A stretch of DNA of 64,000 nt from Scenedesmus sp. PABB004. Taxonomy: Eukaryota. Position numbers and translations under genes: made by a program. Every line of letters starts with the position of its first letter. Position 1 is the first letter of the stretch. Where the stretch lies: positions 1,240,001-1,304,000 of the forward strand of contig JABVCE010000009.1 in the NCBI GenBank assembly GCA_014905635.1, given 5' to 3'. Of the stretch, positions 60,901-64,000 are shown piece after piece. The notes beneath the pieces were generated by a model. That model did no database searches. It saw only the letters and a program-made list of their open reading frames with translations, and had not been told where the DNA came from.

Positions 60901-61868
60901 CGGGAGCGCTCAGCTTGCTGGCGTCGGTCGCACCCTCCAGCGCCGGCCGGAGCTTCATCGGCGTGCGCCTTGAGCAGCTGCCGCTGCTGGTGGTGGCGGC
61001 GTTGTCGGGCGATGCCGCGCTGGCCGACGCGCTGGCCCAGCCCGACCCGCTCGCGGCGGCTGCGGCGCACTGGCTCGCGCACAGCGGGCTTCCGCCCGCG
61101 GCGGCGTCGCTCATGCTCTCGCGCGTGGCGGCGGGCGCGCTGGACAGCGTGCCAGCGCCGCAGCAGGACGTCCCGCGCGCGCTGTTCAGCGCCGCCCTCG
61201 ACGCGCTGGTGCTGGGGCGCAGGCCGTCGGCGCAGCGCAGCCTGCTGGCGATCGAGGCGCCCCTCAACCTCACCGACAGTCTGCTCGCCGCGTTCCCCGG
61301 CCTCACTGCTTGGCGTGCGGAGCTGCTGGCGGGGTGCCGCAGCGTGGGGTGAGTCGCGGGCTGCCGCGCATGCTGGCTGGGCGCCGCCCTGCGTGGCAGC
61401 CGCAGTGGTCGCGCGTCACCGCGGCCCCACCGCTGCCGCGCCGCTGCCCGCAGGCACATGCGGTCGTTGTTGGGCCGCAAGCTGCCGTTCAAGCTGCCGA
61501 CCGCAGCGCCGGGCAGCAGCAGCAAGGACGCGCGCGCGGTCCGGGAGGCAGAGCGCGCAGCGTGCAGCAAGCTGGTGCTGGCGTGCTGCGGCGACATCGA
61601 GCGCGTCGCAGCCGCGGCGCTGCTCGAGTGCTGCGCGCGCGACGGCGGCCCCGTCGACTGCGTCGCCTGCGGCCAGCGCTGGGTCGCGCTCGAGGTGCCC
61701 TCGGCTGCTGCGCTTTGCCTGTTGCGCAGCGCAGCCGCGTGCGTCGGCCAGCGCCTCGGCGAGCTGCTGGAGCAGGCGCGGAGGCGGGGCGCCCCGGCCA
61801 ACCTGCCGTTTGTTTGGTGGTGGGGCAGCAGCTTGGACGTCATGCACGCCAACTTCCTTAACGCATGA
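54923..61868 (+). CDS. POLQ: DNA polymerase theta/TEBICHI-like protein: intact SF2 helicase plus degenerate family-A polymerase-like C-terminus, many exons
   Basis: [70 protein letters not shown]-terminal [21 protein letters not shown]. Confidence 0.85.
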
Positions 61869-61957
61869 CTTGCGTCGCCGAGTGAGTCGGATCGTGGCAT
61901 CTGAACACGTGCATGCGCGCGTCGCTGCAACACGCAACGCCGCATCTCCTGCTTGAT

Positions 61958-62027
61958 CGCGCCGCACCAAGCCCAGGCCGCGCGCCGCACCAAGGCCAGG
62001 CCGTGCGCCGCCACCAAGCCCAGGCTG
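61958..62027 (+). repeat. Three imperfect 23-24 nt tandem repeats at the left junction of duplication copy B
   Basis: CGCGCCGCACCAAGCCCAGGCCG / CGCGCCGCACCAAGGCCAGGCCG / TGCGCCGCCACCAAGCCCAGGCTG. Confidence 0.85.
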
Positions 62028-62032
62028 CGAAA

Positions 62033-63034
62033 CGGGCGCGGTTGGCGGCGTTGCTGGGCGTCGCGGTGGGGGGTGGGTCGGCGAGTTCCTGTGGCGTGGC
62101 GGGCGTCCGCGCGAGACTTTGACCGCGCGCGTTTGGTCCGGGTCACTCTCACACACATAATGGACGCGCCATCACGCGCGCGCCTGCGTGCCGCCCCGTG
62201 GCATGGCCGGGTGCGTCCCCCGAACGCGGGTCGTGGGCGGCGCGCCGTGTGCACCGCGCCCTGCAACTGCGGCGGCGGCGCGCCGCTCTTGCCCCGCGCA
62301 CCGGCCGGTCCCAGCACCAGCGGCGCGCATGCCGCCGCCCCGCCTCGCCGGGGCGGCGTGGGTGCTCACGCGCCGCAGCGGGGGTCAGGGGGTCGCCGCC
62401 GCCGGCGTCACCGCGCGGCGCGCGCGCTGCTCACGCAGCGCGCGCCCGGCTTGCGGGCGCAGCGACGTGGCGCGCCCGGCCGCGGCCGTGTGGGCGTGGC
62501 GTGGGCACATTGCGCCGGCGGCGTGCGGGCGGCGGGCCGGCAATCGGGTGCGGGCCAATGTGACAGGCAGAGGCATACGACCGTGGCCACCGCCTCGCTG
62601 CGCGCGTTTTGCGCGGAGCGCGCGTGCTCCGCCGTCACCCCGCCTCCCATAGAGCCTCGTTCACTGCCCCCCGCGCCGAGCCCGCAGAGGACCAACGCGC
62701 TTGGCCGCTATAAACGGGCGTTTATAGCGCCACGCCCCTGCGCTGCGCGGCACGCCCCATGCGCGCCGCTGGGCACCGTCCGAGCTCCGCCATGCCGGGC
62801 GCGATGCATCCGTGCGGCCAGCCGGGCCAGCGCGGCGCCCAGGGCGCCGTGCCGACGCACTGCGCGGGCGCGCAGCTCGCCCCGGGCAAGCGCGCGGGCT
62901 CCACGGACGAGGAGTCGCCGCTCTACGCGACCGACGAGTTCCGCATGTGCGTGCCGCGATGCGCCGCGCCGTGTCGGCGCGAAGAGGGCGCCGATGAAGG
63001 CGCATCGCGATGCGGCGACCAGCAGCGCTCCTCC
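62033..63034 (+). pseudogene. Duplication copy B: promoter plus exon 1 of the CCCH gene, cut inside intron 1
   Basis: Matches 51159-52172; similarity ends abruptly after CAGCGCTCCTCC. Confidence 0.85.
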
Positions 63035-64000
63035 CACAGGGACCACGCCCGACCTTCCCGGTTTCCTCCCGGAGTCTTCCCGGCCGGGATCCAGTCGGGA
63101 AGAGCCGGGAGCCTTCCCGGTCGGGATAATTCTGGGAAGGCCCGGGCGCTGACCGGTAAACGCCCCCGGGAAACGCGCCGCGCGAGCCAGGCCTTTCGGG
63201 CAGCGCGCGGTCCCGCGGTCTTCTGTTGTTACAGAGGCAGCGGGAGCGCCTGGCGCGGAAAAGGCCGCGCGCAGCCCACGCGGGCGGGCCCGGGCGGGCC
63301 TGCCGCGCGCGCGCGCGGGCGCCAGCGACATGGCAAGCACGCGACATGGCAAGCACGAATCGCACAGCAGGCATTATGCGTCAGTGCCGTCCACGCCCGC
63401 CGCGCCGCGCCGGCGGCGCTTGGGCGCGCGCGCCGCCGGCGGCGGCGGGCTGCCCGTCTCCTCGCTGCCAGAGCTCCAGCCCTCCTCGTTCTCGTGCTGG
63501 TCCAGGACCAGGTCCACGGCGGCCTTGGCCGCCTGCTTGCCCTTCTGCCTGCCCACGGCCGCCACAACCGAGGCGCGCCGGTCCGCGCGCGCCGCGCGCC
63601 CGCCCCGGCGTGCCTGCTGCATAGCCGTGTCGCAGCTCCTCTGTATCTCCTGCCTCGCGACCTGCAGGCGCTGCCGCTCCGCACCTGTGCGCGCCAGCGT
63701 GCGTGCAGGCTGCGCGTCGACGTCGCCGCCGCTGCTGCGCTCGCGCGGGGCCGCGGCCGACGCGGCGACGGCGCTCGCGCACGCCTCCATGATCGCCTTG
63801 TGGGCCGCTCGCGGCAGGTCCGCCTTGGTGACCTGCGCCATGACCTGCAGGGTCGGCCGCCGTTGCGTGCGGTGCCGGGGTCGGCCGCAGCGGCGCGCGT
63901 GCACCGCGGCGAGCGGGCGTGTGAGCGTACGTCGCAGCCGTCGCACGCCGCCGCACGCCGCCGCACGCAGCCGTCGTGCCTGGCCGCGTGCCCGCCGGGC
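63035..64000. mobile_element. Putative end of a DNA transposon (other end outside window)
   Basis: Starts exactly at the duplication breakpoint (CACAGGGACC...); about ten TCCCG/CGGGA motifs in both orientations within 63055-63172. Confidence 0.45.
63374..63844 (-). CDS. Terminal exon of an unknown minus-strand gene extending beyond the window (possibly element-encoded)
   Basis: CTGCAG acceptor at 63845-63850; open frame to TAA at 63374 with acidic patch and PKRRRR NLS-like motif; TGTAA at 63229-63233 (-). Confidence 0.5.
   Translation of the reverse strand, partial: VMAQVTKADLPRAAHKAIMEACASAVAASAAAPRERSSGGDVDAQPARTLARTGAERQRLQVARQEIQRSCDTAMQQARRGGRAARADRRASVVAAVGRQKGKQAAKAAVDLVLDQHENEEGWSSGSEETGSPPPPAARAPKRRRRGAAGVDGTDA

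Noticed and set aside
63055..63172. TTCCCG motifs as E2F sites of a cell-cycle promoter
   Set aside because: They do not match TTTSSCGC and lie downstream of a gene 3' end, at an insertion breakpoint.

Overview
Gene-dense, intron-rich, extremely GC-rich eukaryotic nuclear DNA. It is most likely a chlorophyte green alga, inferred from TGTAA poly(A) signals, plastid-targeted proteins and short GC-rich introns, many with GC-AG ends. About 24 protein-coding genes can be reconstructed: PP2A catalytic subunit, UBE2J/UBC32-like E2, CBS protein, short TGD2-like MlaD protein, OPR-like helical repeat protein, SWIM protein, histidine phosphatase, eIF2B-gamma, fibrillin, NDC1, uricase, CysJ-like diflavin reductase, NRAMP/EIN2-like protein, CID protein, NAK kinase, DRP1 dynamin, epoxide-hydrolase-like protein, secreted CBM14 protein, SANT+JAMM (MYSM1-like) protein, ARM-like protein, ADC synthase, tandem CCCH zinc-finger protein and a POLQ-like helicase. 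The main discovery candidate is 26215-30713: an NRAMP transporter that keeps the metal-binding DPGN/MPH residues and carries the conserved blocks of the land-plant EIN2 C-terminal ethylene-signalling domain, in order. Also notable are a POLQ-like helicase fused to an apparently dead polymerase domain, two recent partial gene duplications (one ending at a probable DNA-transposon end), and an intron placed between the PP2A C-terminal Leu codon and its stop codon. All family assignments come from motifs recognised by eye and comparisons recalled from memory; no database search was run. Exon boundaries are manual.
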